Positions 25,942-39,173 of a stretch of DNA of 64,000 nucleotides are shown here, one piece after another; the stretch's first letter is position 1; every line of letters starts with the position of its first letter. Source of the stretch: Trichodelitschia bisporula (Eukaryota); NCBI GenBank assembly GCA_010356995.1, contig ML996689.1:886691-950690 (forward strand), read 5' to 3'. The position numbers and the translations under genes are program-made. The notes under the pieces are model-generated. The model ran no database searches, was not told where the DNA came from, and saw nothing but the letters and a program-made list of their open reading frames with translations.

Positions 25942-26371
25942 ATGGCCACCACTGAGCCTGCATACGCCGGCTACACCCGCTTTGAGATCGAGCTCGAGGT
26001 ACACAATTCCCCAAAGCAACCCTCCGAAGTCATCTAACCCCATTGAAGTTTGTCCAGACTCTCGCCAACCCCTGGTACCTCAACTATCTCGCGGCGCAAA
26101 AGATGTTCGAGAAGCCCGCCTTCGTCGAGTACCTGAAGTACCTACAGTACTTCCGCGAGCCGGAGTATGCCAAGTTTCTGTCGTGCGTGGCTTTTGCCCT
26201 GCCCTCCCATTGTCTCGGAGGGAGCACTCATTTTTATATAGGTATCCCGGCCCCACGCTGCGTGCCCTCGAGTTGCTCCAGCAGGAATCGTTTCGCCGTG
26301 ATATTCTCATCCCCGAGGTCATGATGCGCTTGTTTGACGAGGGCGTCAAGGCGGCGACGACGGAGCGGTAA
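25942..26371 (+). CDS. MED31: Mediator subunit 31 (SOH1); exons 25942-25998, 26049-26182, 26242-26371
   Basis: RFEIELE|FVQTLANPWYLNYLA...YLKYLQYFREPEYAKFLS|YPGPTLRALELLQQESFR, with canonical introns. Confidence 0.95.
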
Positions 26372-27449
26372 GGTTGACGATGAAGCCTTTTCGGGCTCTG
26401 GATGTGAGGCTGCCTTGGACTTGAGTTGGTAGGTAGTCTTAGGGCTGCCCTTTTCCCTTCAAGTGTATGTCCACTAACGGTTGCAGTCGTGCTCCTTGGC
26501 CTGGCGACACGGTCGTGTTATCGACCAGCGCTCCACCGTAGCCGACCGCTGCTAAGGCTGTTCAGGACGCTCATGCCTGTGATCAAGCTGCTGGCTGGAG
26601 AGAGTGCGTCTACCCGGCAGCTCCAGCTACGGCACAATGTCCCCATTGTATACAGTATGTCGTAGATGTTCCCCGGCAGCCGTCTCACCCGCGTGGCGTG
26701 GTATTGTCCTCAGCAAGCGGCATGCTCTTACGCCAATGGCACTATCGACGCCCTAAACCTGGCGCCTCTTCATGTAACCAGGGATATGATCTTCAGCCGC
26801 GCGATGGAGCGTCGACGCTGCTGATGCGGGCCTGTTGGAGGGCTGCAGGCGCAGAGTTTGAAGATTCGGTCGGGCCGGTCGCCGAAGAAGTGAGAGTGCG
26901 AGATATCTATTTACAGCCATAGTGGCTTGTATGATTGCTTAAAACATGACGCCCTTGAGGCTCTACGTGGTTACTATGACTGATCGTGCTCATATGGCGA
27001 GGAAGTAGGTTCGACCACCACTAATGCCTCACAGCTTCAGAACAGGCTCTCAATCCATCATTTCGACTCTTTGACGCCCTGACACTCTGGCAACATGAGG
27101 AACCCATCTTCCAACACCATGAATGGCCTTCCCTCCAGTGCCTGTCGAAGCCCACGGAATTCGCCCTTTGCGCCTTCACCATCCCAGAAGCTCTTGAGAG
27201 CCGCTTGCCTTCGCTCCCTCCACCTGAACCCCCCCACCTACGCACCGTGCATCACTCGCACTTGCCAAAGCCATGGGGTTGAAGGATTTTCTTCCCAACC
27301 CGGCATGAACGTCCAACCCAGCCTCGCTCATCCACCCCCGCTCCTTCCCTCCTGTCCTCCATTTCCCCTCCTCCTACCCCTCTATGGCAATCGCAGCTTC
27401 CCTTGGAGCAAACGAGTGACGTGGCCATTATATGCCATTATGTCAGCGG

Positions 27450-29620
27450 TCGGGTATAAAATTCCTCTCGTCTTGACCGGGACCAACGGACTTCTCTCAT
27501 CCTCTTCATCACCACCACTCAACATCTATCAACGGCCATCAACGTCTCGCGTTTTATGTCCACTCTCTTGCACTCGTCTACATCGTTCAAATACCTGTTA
27601 CCAACACCGAAACACGTCATTGCTTTTGAACTGGCTGAACAAGCGCAGTTCCTCGTCTTCTTCGTTGCACCACCACGCAGACCACATACTTGATTATCTG
27701 TTAGCTTTTCAGCGGACTTCGTTTTCAACATGTCTGGCGAGTCATATCGCCAGCCGATACCTGATGGTAGCAAGGCTCAATCTTCAGTTTACACAGCTGC
27801 GTTTACCTGTGTATTAAGCCTTGCTCAGACGGAACACGTCATCGGTGCCCCAGCGACCCAAAAAGATGAGAATGACACATAAGCACAGTAGTACGTATAT
27901 ATGCCATCACATCTTCCCATTGATTGGCAACTTGACTGACACCTTGCTACTTTTTTTGCAGCTTCTCACCCGAGCATCGCGAGGACCTCGAGTATGTCCG
28001 AAATTCAGCCACCCACGTCCCCAAATGTATGGCAACCGCGGGATATTTACTTGTTGCTGGTCGATGTTAAGGAGACCTCTTCAGAGCGGCACTCGCGGGA
28101 AGCCGTGGAGATGTTGCGCTCCTTCAAGCTGAGGAGGTTTTACACTGGCGTCTCCCGGTATGAGGGATTTATTGAGAACACTGGGGACAGCGTAAAAGCC
28201 ACAGGTCTTCGCGGAGGCAACAGGGTTCTTGACAACAAGGACCTTCATATAAGGGTGATCACTGTACGCCAGTTGGCCCTCTCGGCCGTCTGCCTACAGT
28301 TTTCACACCAATATCTCGATTGGCTGGCGAGGCCAACAAACGCCGCAGGAGAGAATACAGCATTAGGAACGCCGGGCACCATGTCCTGGCGGTCTTCCGG
28401 GCGGTTGGGGGCGACGGTCTGGAGGTAGCCTGGTCCAACAACATACCCGACCAGCGAGGTGCGTCCCTCGCTTGATGCGCGACTGCGTGCCGGTTTGGCG
28501 GCAATTCCGGCACCCTGGACTAGAAACAGTTCTACTCCGCCGAGTTTGAGGATGTGGATATGGATCCAGATCTTTTTGCGCTGCTCGGGGATCTCTTCAC
28601 GGACGCCTCAGACGACTGCTCGTGGTCAGCCTCTGTTGAGGTATGGTCACGTACGAGAGTCCACATCACGCCATTGGTGCATGGACCAGTGTGGGGAGGG
28701 ATCCATGAGTAGATAGGTTCTTCGAGTGGAGTCATCCACCTCCATGTTTTGTTCCTCCTCATGTCCCCGAGAGCCTCCGAGCTCAGCCTCGATGGCTTGG
28801 AGATGACGAGGAAGGCAGGCGACAGTGAAATGTCGGACGAATCTCTCTGGCGGGCAGAATGGTATTGACGGAAGAAGAAGGCCTACATAGAGATTCCGTC
28901 CGACGGGCTCTTCAGCGACTCCGGCGATTGCACTAAGGAGGATCCACTTGTATTCTAGAGTTGCTTGCTTTGCTTCTCTCCTCTCTTCATCTCATCAAAG
29001 TCTTCACAATTCAGCAAGTTCTTTGTTTCTGAACACTTCGCGTGTCATCAAGTCTTGGGATTGTCATCCCGCCATAGCTGCGTCTGTCTCGCAGCATTAA
29101 GTACCTTAAATGGGTGGAGCTTCGGCTCCTGTATCTGTTCCCTCTTCTGCTCTCGCTTCTGCTCCCGCTACTGAGATGGCCAGTTCGTCGAGACCGTGAG
29201 GAACGTCGAGGCTCATTTACATCCTCCAAAACATCCGCCGGCCCCCTTCAACTGGCCTTCCACGACAAGGAGTACTCGTGGAGTTGCTGCGCTCTTTTCA
29301 ATCTTGGCAGACTTTTCACCGGCGTTTTCGCGTATAAGGAAGTCGTTGAGAACACGGCATTAGGGACGCCGGGTACCACGTCGTAGCGGCCTTCCGGGCG
29401 GTTGGGGCGACGCTGTGGAGGCTTCTCTCTCCATCAACAGCCAGTCGACGGAGGACACCCTTCGCGAGTTAGGAGACGAAATGACTCCAACTGAGCGGGC
29501 AATCATGACCAGCGGCTTGAGCAGAAACACACTGCCGACCAGCATTTCGTGGAATAACGAACATCAACAAGGAGAACTACTTCATCTTCACACAATTCAA
29601 TGATTTCAAAGCACACTCTT
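27450..29620 (+). pseudogene. Decayed, internally duplicated orphan gene(s)
   Basis: TATAAA at about 27456 and an intron-like segment at about 27891-27961. Homologous blocks at about 28100-28425 and 29270-29421 (ENTALGTPGT twice) carry stops and frameshifts. Confidence 0.45.
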
Positions 29621-30449
29621 GCTTGTGACTGTGACACGGGTACTGGCAATGACAGTTCCACGGTTTGTGTTGTGCTATGAAGACGATGACTCGGGATCAC
29701 GCTGCTAAAGATTTCTATGTACAGTATATACGACTCCTGTCAGGGGCGCACAAGTCACTGGTTGCACAGCATTGGTTGTGGAATAACATTCATTGAAAGC
29801 TTGAAGAACTATGTAAAGGTTTCGCGTCTGAATGTGGAGTGTGGGGGAGCTGGGGGTGCTAGCGCACAGGCCAGCGCCAAGCCCTCAACCGGCAAGTCCA
29901 GTCGGGGCTGGAATTGCAGTATCCGGCATCAATCTTGCCGAGTCACGTGACCCATACAGGGCATGTGGCCATTTGACATGGGAGAGATGGTATCCTCCCA
30001 TGACAACTCCGATGAATCGATCTGGCTTTCCAACCGGCCCCCTGGTCCACATGGCTGTACGCGCGGCGCGCACGCGCATGGGCGGCGAAGACGTCGAGCG
30101 AGAGGCCTAGAGCGCGGCCTATATAAATCCCGAGCGGACATCCAGCGCAAGATCCCCCTGCAGATCGCCAGCAGGAAGACGAGGAGGATGAGGGCGTAGG
30201 CTGTGAACTTGCCCGCGGCCTTGTGAATGATCTGTTGGTCTGAGCGATCTGCTTCTCGACATATTATATAAGACCCTCACCAGGCAGTATACCAATCCGC
30301 CTCCAGCCGCCGGGGATCCACCGCTGGTGGGCTTGTTCCGGAGACCGATGAACGGAAGTGGGATGTTCTCCGAGCCAGGCGGACCGTGAGGAGGAGACGA
30401 GACGGCGTCATGCATGGTGGCATCAGTATCCGGCTATAGGGGTTAGTGA

Positions 30450-33050
30450 GGCACGGTTAATTCAGACTGTGCAAAGTCCAGGAGTTGGTGGAATCGTCGA
30501 AAGGGTAAGAACGAGGCTCCCAGCCGTCGGGTTTGATGTACTGGGTAAAGCTGTCGAAGGCTGTGCCGGCAAAAGGTGAATCGTCAGCCTTGTCCTTGGC
30601 TGCCGGAGACTCATGCTCCGTCGCGCTAGCCCGGGAAGCCGGAGGGCCGTCCATGGCAAGCTTCGTTTCCGTTTCTGGAAGGTACAGAAATGTGTGATGG
30701 TAAGCTGGATGACGCTGATTGGCGGGGTGGTGGAGGATGTGGGGGTCCAGAGAGGGAGTATATGATTGCACTTCAATGGCAATGAATCGTGACCGCACTG
30801 GTATAAGAGGTTCCACTCGAAACATATTGTTGACGAGGTTTTCGGAAGCGGTTGCGTGGAGCAGCACGCACCGGCGGCCTCGGGCATGATATATACCTGC
30901 GGGCCCAGCCTTTCGGGAAGATTGCGTGGATGGTTTTTTCCTGAAGGCTTTTGAGCCAGACGACGAAGGGTCTCGCCCTTCGTCGTCTGGCTCGTCGGCT
31001 GAATCCTTAGTTGTGTAGACACCGGGGCGGTATGGGGCGCGGCGCTTGATCTTTGTGCCGTAACGGCCCTTGATGCGATTAGCGGCGGTAGGCACAGCCG
31101 GAGAAGTGCCGGTTATATAGTACTGCAACAGTTAGCATCGCTGAGCCGAGAACGAAGGGCGTATCCGCGCCCTAAAGAACTTACTGTCGGTATATAGAGG
31201 TGGCAGCCACGAGGACCAGAGTCATCACTGCGTTCCGCACTCATCGCCGCTCTCCCCACCCTCGCCTCCGCAGCCTTCAACCACTCCGATATAGGCGGCA
31301 ACGCTTGGAAAATCTCTCGTCCTCGAGGCTCTCATCGTTGATCTCGAACCTGCGTTAAAGTTCGTCGTTCTCCAGTTGGAGAACGCGCGTTCTCTAATCG
31401 TCATTATATAGATTTGCATCTGGATGTGGAGGAGGTGAAGCGGAACCGCTCGCTGGGAGGTCTGGGGAATCGTCATGGTCGGTGCCTTAAACGGGGGAGA
31501 CGGCAGCTGACCTTCCATCTGCTTGTTCCATTTGGAACCATCAGACTTGGAGCCCGAAGCACCTTGACCCTTGCTGCCAGAGCCGCTCGACTTCTCGCCA
31601 CCGCCAGAGCCGTCCCTCTGCCTGGAGGCGAGCGACCTGCCGCTTCACGCGAGCGCTGCACTTTTGAGCCTTGGTAAGTTCCTTCGGGGCGTTGTCAACC
31701 GCGACAGCAGTGGCGTTGGCCTCCTTGTCCGAGTGGCTCGCAGCTTGTTTGATGATGGTGGCGTTGGTGGTCTCGGGCTTGTTTGACGTCTGAGGTGCCG
31801 ACTTGACAACCGTTACAGGGGAGTCGTTGTCGTCCTTTCCAGGCTTTCGTATGATATCCGGTGGCAGCTAGGGGCCGCAGTATAGCGCCGGTATAGAGGG
31901 GTTATGAGAAGGCTGCACGCAGGTACGCGCAGAGGTACTGGGGTATGATTGGCGGCTCAGCCATGTTTGTGACGTTTTCGTCATTCATTGGAAGTGTTAA
32001 CGATTGTAGTTAAAGTGGTGAGTGACGTTGTTGGTGGAAGAAGAAGCTGAAGCCGAACCCTCGCCTGAGCCAGTAGCCTTGGTCTCCGGAGGGGAAGGGC
32101 CGGTTATATAGTACTGCAACAGTTAGCCTCGCTGAGGTGAGTGAGAGCGTGTCTGCGTCCCGAGGCACTTACCTGCAGGTATGTAGGCAACACCTATCAT
32201 GTCGAAAGTGAATGGTTTTGTGGCTATCTCACCGGTAGTTGTTAGGAGGTTGGCCGGCGTGTTTTCTTGATCGTAGGGGGGGTCTGAGGCCGTTGACGAG
32301 TTTGCTTACCGTAGTGTGTGACTTGAAGTTGCTCTGCTCTTGAGGGAATGTGGTGATCGTGTGTTGTGCGGTTGATGAAGAGGGGAAGATGGATATGCGG
32401 GCTTTTATAGCAGCACAGTTGCCGCCAAGGGGGCAGCATTTTGTGGGCGGAATTCGGGTTCTCCGTGAACTCAAATGCGGAAGGTGGAGGTGACAGCAAA
32501 GCGTCCGTATATAGGATTCATGTGAGGCTCCACGCAAGCGCGCGCAGAGGCTGACATTTTTTAAAAGCGATAGTGTCCGCAACTCTATCGGCTTGGTTCT
32601 GCTCTGCAAGCGACTTGTGGACATTAAGCTACGCGTCAATCTCGCTGGATGGCTCTACATCTGTCGGTGGCTTGCGGACGGGCAAAGCCGCTTTCGTCTT
32701 TGTGTAGGTGAATGGCGACTTGCGCGGAGCAGGCCTAGGAGCCCGGTTGAACGAGGATTTAGGATGAGCGTAGCTAATCTTGGTACCATTCGTCTTTATG
32801 GTGGTAGAAGGCTTAGGAGCCTGGTTGGTAGCGGGTTTGACGTACGTAGTGCCAGTCTTGGTGGCATTCGCCTCGAGGCTACCAGCAAGCTGGGGAGCCG
32901 GGCTGGCAGCGGATTTGGCATGAGAATCGTCAGCCTCGGTGACACTCGTCTTGGAGGTATTGGGGGATGATCGGTGGCTCAGCCATGTTACTGGCGTTGT
33001 CTATATTCATGGAATGTTCCACGATTGTATAAGCCACACCGGGCCGCCCA
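30450..33050 (-). pseudogene. Tandemly duplicated decayed intron-containing gene units
   Basis: An identical 29-mer at 31108-31136 and 32099-32127 spans a minus-strand branch point and acceptor. A second homologous block at 31932 and 32954 encodes MAEPPIIPQYL in both copies. Confidence 0.5.
32740..32968. repeat. Degenerate 78-bp tandem repeat, 3 units
   Basis: Units start at 32740, 32818 and 32896 (agcccggttg / agcctggttg / agccgggctg ... cttggt..cattcg). Confidence 0.75.
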
Positions 33051-36000
33051 CCGATATGCCATGCTGAATTCAGATGCGAACTAGCTTTTGCTCATCTCGA
33101 GCTTGTGGGTTTGTGGGCGGTGATCAAGGGGCCTCATTGATGGAAGCAGACTGCCTTTGGTATATAGCCGGCAAGGTCAGTGAAGTGCGCGCCGGCGCGC
33201 GCAGACCTTGCAAGTATCCTCAATGGCGCATTCATGGCACTCTTTCTCCTTCGTCTTCGCTAAGGAAATGATGGGGCAGGAGAAGGTTGCGGGCTCATGC
33301 GGCGGGTGGCGACGGTAACACGGCCGGGAGTCGTAGCCACCATCGTGGCCACCGGCTAGGGCCTCGGGGTTGACAGGATCACGCTCTTCCTCGTCTCCGT
33401 AAATGGCTTCTTCCAGGGGTAGCTTGCGCTTCCAATTGGGGCTCTCGCTGCCTATAGTTGCCATGAAGGTACAGACAAGATCGAATATATGATGGCTGAC
33501 ATCCTCGAATTGTCCCCTTCAGGATCGGCGGTTTCTTATAAGTTCGACTCGTGGCTGGCGCGGGAGCCTGTGCTTTGTATATCCGGACCGGCATCCGTCC
33601 TGAGTGTATACGTCGAAGCGGTCTCTTTGAAGTTGATCAACTCCGCGAGGCGGTGGGACGCTCGCCGGGCCGCGTCACACCGGTATAAGGGCCATTTCAG
33701 GCCGAACAAGAGAAAAGAGTGAGAAAAAGGGAGATGGGGGGATTCGGAGAGCTAGGAAGTTCGTGAGTGCTGGAGTTTTTCGAGTGTTGAAAAATGGAAA
33801 TAAGGCGGCGTGCTTTGACATGCACTTGATGTCGGTATGGCAGGGCCTCGTTGTTTTGGGTGGGTTCGGCCATGCTCTTGTGAGCCAGTGGTACCGAAGA
33901 AGCTGCGTATACTATATCACGATAATGATCATTCGTAGAACGATCAACCGATATATCATGCATCGACTCAGCAATATCATCGTCAATGGTAAACCCGGGA
34001 GGGGCTTAGAGGAGGCTGCTGATTCGCTGCGAGTGTCTTCGGTGGTGATTCCAGCCAGTCAGCTGGAGAGGCGCTTCTTGATTGCGTATGAGCACGATGA
34101 CCATGGAGAACCCCCATGCCCGTAACAGCTTCAACGTTGACAGAGTCCAAGGACTCGTTGGAGCCCATGTAAGCGCCAATCATCATGGGCTTGAACCAAG
34201 ACTGGGTGACGCGGGTCGTGGAAGCGGTGGTCGAGCGCGCGGTGCCGGTGGCCTTGCGCGCGATGTGAGCGGCTTCCGCTCTCGCCTCCCTCTGCTTCCT
34301 CAGCTCAGCCCAGAGCAGCGGCCATGCTCACGCTTCACCCTCTTCCGCAGAGCCCTCCCGCGGCGACGCAAGGCACTTTCTGGCGACTTCCTCGATGGTG
34401 CCTGATGTTCCGGGCTAGGAGGTGCAGGGCGAGCACATGCGTCTTTTTCGAGGCAATGTCCGGCTCCGCCTCCATGAGCTTCTGCGTCTTCTCGTCCGCC
34501 TCATCCGGGGCCTTTTTCATCTCAGCGGTCGCCTTCGCAAGACTCTTGATGGAAGCAGCCAGATGGTTTACACGCGCTCGCGGCGGCCTGACCCCTCCCC
34601 GGGATGTCCCAGGGGATGGTGAGGGTCAGTGACCCTATACGGCGAACTTTCGGGCCGACAGTGTCGGCAACAAGCACGCTCGTCGTGCCTTTCTCGTGTG
34701 GTGTGTGTGTTCTGCGAGCTCGTTTCTTCGGTGGGTGATCAGTGTAGCGAATTTTGTTTGTTTATGCTTTCGAAGGCAGGGCCGTTGTGAAGATGGTAAG
34801 AATGCTTGCACGCCCCACTTGAAGGGGCGCCCCTTCACGTTCCTCACCCAGCACGCCCACTGAGGAGCAGATGAAGATCGTTATGCGGATCAGGCCGCTG
34901 TCGAGCGCGGCGGCCTGATCCCCGGGGGACAGGATGTCCGAGGGGATGGTGAAGGGAGGTGCTCTGGTAACGGAGCAGGCCGAACGGACAGCAAAGGAGG
35001 AGCGCAAGGCGAAAGCGGCGCGGAAGTCCGAGGAGGCTCGGAAGGCCGAAGATGCGATGCGACTTCGGCGGAGCTGACTTGAAAGGGGGCTGGTGATGGG
35101 TAAGGGCGGAGACAGGACCCCGTCAATCCCATTGTTGCACAATTCAGCCTGAATCGTATATGAGAACAGCCGACGGTTTTTGTTTGTGATGCTTTCGCCT
35201 AACTTGATGGTATGCTGCGCAGGCTTGTACGGATTGAGGCCTGGGGCGGCCGATGTTGGTGAGCCAGACATGTTGGATTTATAGGTATGAGACTCGTGAC
35301 GCGCCAAAAAGTAGAGGCGGTCAGGAACCTCCGTTCACACCATTGGTGCGCGGCTCAGATGGCGTTGGCGCATATATAATTGGCCGGAGGCGCTCACTGC
35401 GGAATGAGGTGTTAGTAGATGTTATGAGGCATTGAAAAGTGACATACTGATATAAAGGCATTGGTCAAACCGAGCAGAGTAGGTAGTGGATGCTGCCGAC
35501 TTTTCGGGGGGTAAGCGTGACTAGCTGCTTCTGCGAGCTTTTCACCATAGCCTTCTCTTGCTCTTCACGAATCTTCAATTCGAGAGACTCTTTTTCTTGC
35601 GACAACTTGCTTGAACGTTGCGCGTTAGAACTGGACGATATTTCATCGATGAGGGGTTTCATGAGGAGGAAGTTCTTCGTGGAGGCTGGCTTTGTTTTGT
35701 GGAAGAGGAAGTGTGGGCAGGGAGTATATTTATCGTCGGTCCTCGAGCATTCACAAGCGTTCGGCCCTGTTCATCACCGTGTTTCGTTGTGTTGTTCTTG
35801 ACATGATAGTTGTTCCGGGCCATTGTCGTGAATGGTCGGTCCAGGAGTCTCATTCGCTAGTTGGTCCTCTTTTCGGGAGAAAGATTTTCCGTGACGGGTA
35901 AAAGTCCCATCACGTGCATGTCTCCCTTCCATTCTTCAACATCAACCCCCCACCATCACTTCTTCCACACATTTACCAACACCTGCCAAACATCTACCGA

Positions 36001-36200
36001 CTCCGTTTATATGTCGAATTGAAGGCTTCAACGCAAACCCCCACAACAATCGGTCCACACATTGTCAGTGGCTTGCATAGCCTTATCGATCACTCAATCA
36101 ATCATTCAATATATCTTTACTCCCCAAAAATATATAAAGGCGAAGAAGGCTTCTCCCGTGCTCATCCACACACCATTGTTTTTGAATCTTCATTTTCAAA

Positions 36201-37200
36201 ATGAAAGCCTTCAACAACAACACAGCTCCTCTTCCCGACTTCTCCTTCCAGTATCGCATGGATAGGATGCCGTTCGACCACCTCTATGAAGGAGCTTATG
36301 CTTCCTTCGACTTTCCTCAGCTCCTCATCAAGTTGCTCTCAGGCCTTTCCCCGGTCCCGAACTCTTCCGGAAAGCCAACAAAGTCCAGCACCATGGTGTC
36401 TAGCACCTCCATTTCGACCGACAGAACGTCTACCAGGGCATCCTATATATGTAAGTTCTTCAGTAGTCTCTGGTTTGTGGGCTTTGCTAACAGTGACAGA
36501 TATCCAGTGCGGCCTTTATGCACCGCCTTTAGTGTGACCTGTATACCGCCTTTGGCGTGGCCTGTCGCACCTGCCCCGCCGCGCGGACGCCTGGTCCTGC
36601 CGGTTCAAATCCCCCCCATTCCTGCCGCCGCCCCGGAGTATATATATGTTCCGCCAGTTCCGGTCATGGTGCGTACTACCAATCCGGATATTGCCACCAA
36701 CAAAGACCGCCAAAAAGTGTCAAAACATGAACCCCCTCAAAAAAAGGTCAGAACCCAAAGAAAAAGAAAAGAGAAGAAGAGCTCGGGCAAAGGCGCGATT
36801 AGAACCTCGGCATTCAAAGCGCACAAGGCGGCATCAGCCTTTATTGCGCGGTGCGTTCTATAGCGCCTCTCATGCGACCGAGATCTCCGGTAACTATATA
36901 CAACCGACGAGGAACCTCCGGATGTATATTTGGACTGATGGCTCGCCTTGGGCGATGGCGCCAGCCTGAGCAGCGCCAGGAGAAGAAACTCACGGTGGCT
37001 GAGGAGAAGAAGAAGCGGGATGAAGAAAAGAAGGGGCGTGTGGAGGAGGAAACCCATGTTTCATTGGGTGTTATGATAGTAACGCCCTTAGGGCATTGAC
37101 ATCAGCTACTACAGGCATCAAATACAACCTCGCTCTCACCTTTCTCCTAGATCACCACGTTCCCATGACGACGCCATGATAACACCCATGCCTAGCCATC
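36201..37200 (+). pseudogene. Hypothetical gene or pseudogene (Pro-rich then Lys/Glu-rich)
   Basis: TATATAAA at about 36131 and ATG at 36201. A canonical-looking intron at 36451-36499 would lead to an early TGA if spliced. The 220-aa unspliced ORF has no recognisable domain. Confidence 0.35.
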
Positions 37201-37501
37201 TACGAAGTATGTATCCCGCAAGACCAGCAAAGTTCATTCCAAGAACTCCATTCTTGACAGGAACTCGTTGACTTGCAACTTGTTGGAAGGATGTGTGTGT
37301 AAGTAGTTCCATATTGAAGCAATGAAGCTTTGAAATATCACATTGGCGTTACTGCTTCGGGTACTGAAGCCCCATCCCGCACCACAAGGATTCTCATCAG
37401 CTTAGCATTAAAGCATACACCAGAGCAGCTGTCGCCCAAACTCCATCCGCCCAAGAAGCAGGCTTCACAGCCCTCCAAGCCAGCCCACTCTCCCATCAAG
37501 C

Positions 37502-39173
37502 CTACACCCCAAAAACCTCCCCATGCCACCAAACCCCCCTCCCCCTCCTAACCCACCGTCCCACCTCCCCCCTAACCCCGCGCGCCATCCCCACCGGCCC
37601 ACAAACCACAACCGCAACCCTGCCGACATACCCCGCAAACACCTCATCCACAACCTCGCGCCACACCGGCCGTCCCCGTCTAACCAGCACTCCCTCCCCC
37701 AACCCCGCCCCCGCGCTCTGCATCTCAACCCCCTCCCTCCCCTCCCCACTCCCCGTGATAAAAACTTCAACGTCACCTTCTACCTTCTCGGTACCAAACG
37801 CCCACGCTACCTCTGCGCCAGACCTCGCAACCCACACTAGTCTCGCGCCCTCCCCTCCCCTCGCCGCTAGAACGGAGCGCCACACCGGCGCAATGAACGT
37901 CCCGCCCACACCCCCGGCGACAAGCAACACCCTGTCGAACCCGCGCCAATCGGGCATCCACCGGCCCGCACCATACGGACCTTCAAGCGTGACGTACACC
38001 TTCCCCGGCGCAGCGGCGAGGTGCTTCGTCGCGCCGCGGAGCGGACGGATGATGAGGTCGAGGGAGGGGGAGCCCGGGTTCGAGGCGATGGTGAAGGGGT
38101 TGGCGCTCAGACCAGCCCAGCTTGCGGGTGCGGCGCGGGCCGGGCCGCGGAGGAAAATGTGTTGCCCGGCTTGCCAGGTGCTTTCGGGCGCGGGGGTGGA
38201 GATCTTGAGGAGGGAGGTTCCCGGAAGGGTTGTGAGGGTCGCGGGGACGGTGCGGCTGGCCAGGAACCGGAGAATGGTGTGGGTGGTGAATATGAGGGCG
38301 CATTCGGCGATGTACGGGCGGATGTGGCTGACGTGGAACCAGGCCAGCGGGAGGATGGCGCAGGCGACGGCGATGTGCACGCGGTAGAAGAGGGTGTAAG
38401 ACACGTTGCGGAGGGGGCGGAGGGCGGTTGTGCCCAGCAAGGTCAGGAGGGTGATGAGGGTGAGCCCGAGGGCGACGTCGGCGTCCTTGATGCGCTTGGC
38501 GAGGAGACTGGAGCGGAGGTAGAAGTTTAGGTAGAAGGAAGCGTGGAGGGTGAGGAGGATCTGGATCAGCCTCCCCAGGACCTGGTGGGTTTCCAGGAGT
38601 TGCTCGTGGGAGAGGCGGGTGAGGAGCTGGAGGGGGGAGAGGGGGGATTTTAGCGAGAGGAGGTAGTGGAGGGGGAGTTGGGAGGCGCCGATGATGGCGA
38701 AGCGTTTTGTTAGGTGGAGGTAGTCTGACTGGGTTAGCACATGTCGTTGGGCTCGATATCACCACCAGCTACGCTCATCACGAGGCTAACTCACCACCAT
38801 GTGTCTCCCTAACACACAACCACCCCAACCAAGCCCCCCACCCCACCCCCAAAACCCACTCCCCCCTCTTCCCCCACCCCTCCCTCACATCATCCCCGCA
38901 CCACCACTCCGCCCTCCTCACCCAAGCCTTCGCTTTGCGCGCCCAATTGCCCTCCTCTTCACCCTCATGCTTCAAATACGGCGAACTCGGCCGACTCTCC
39001 TCATCGCCCCTCCCCCAGCGCGATCGAAACCAGCGCACAAGGAAGAAGCCCTGTAAAAGCGCGACAACGACTACGGCCGAGAGCTGCGCGACCGTGGCGT
39101 GGAAATCGAGCGCCGAGCGCCGAGCCGCCAGGCCCGCGGCATCGGGGAAGATGAAGTGGAAGCCGAAAGCCAT
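37502..39173 (-). CDS. Ferric reductase-like transmembrane protein (FRE/NOX superfamily); exons 39173-38795, 38724-37502
   Basis: Heme His pairs (HQVLGR...LH; H...WFH), GQHIFL and NPFTIAS (FAD), EGPYG, LLVAGGVGGTF (NADPH), VVVCGP..M and HGEVFG. Intron 38725-38794 gives HG|DYLHLTKRF. Confidence 0.92.

Noticed and set aside
26400..37300. Transposon or viral insertion as the origin of the gene-poor island
   Set aside because: No terminal repeats or DDE, RT, integrase or capsid motifs were seen in any listed ORF.
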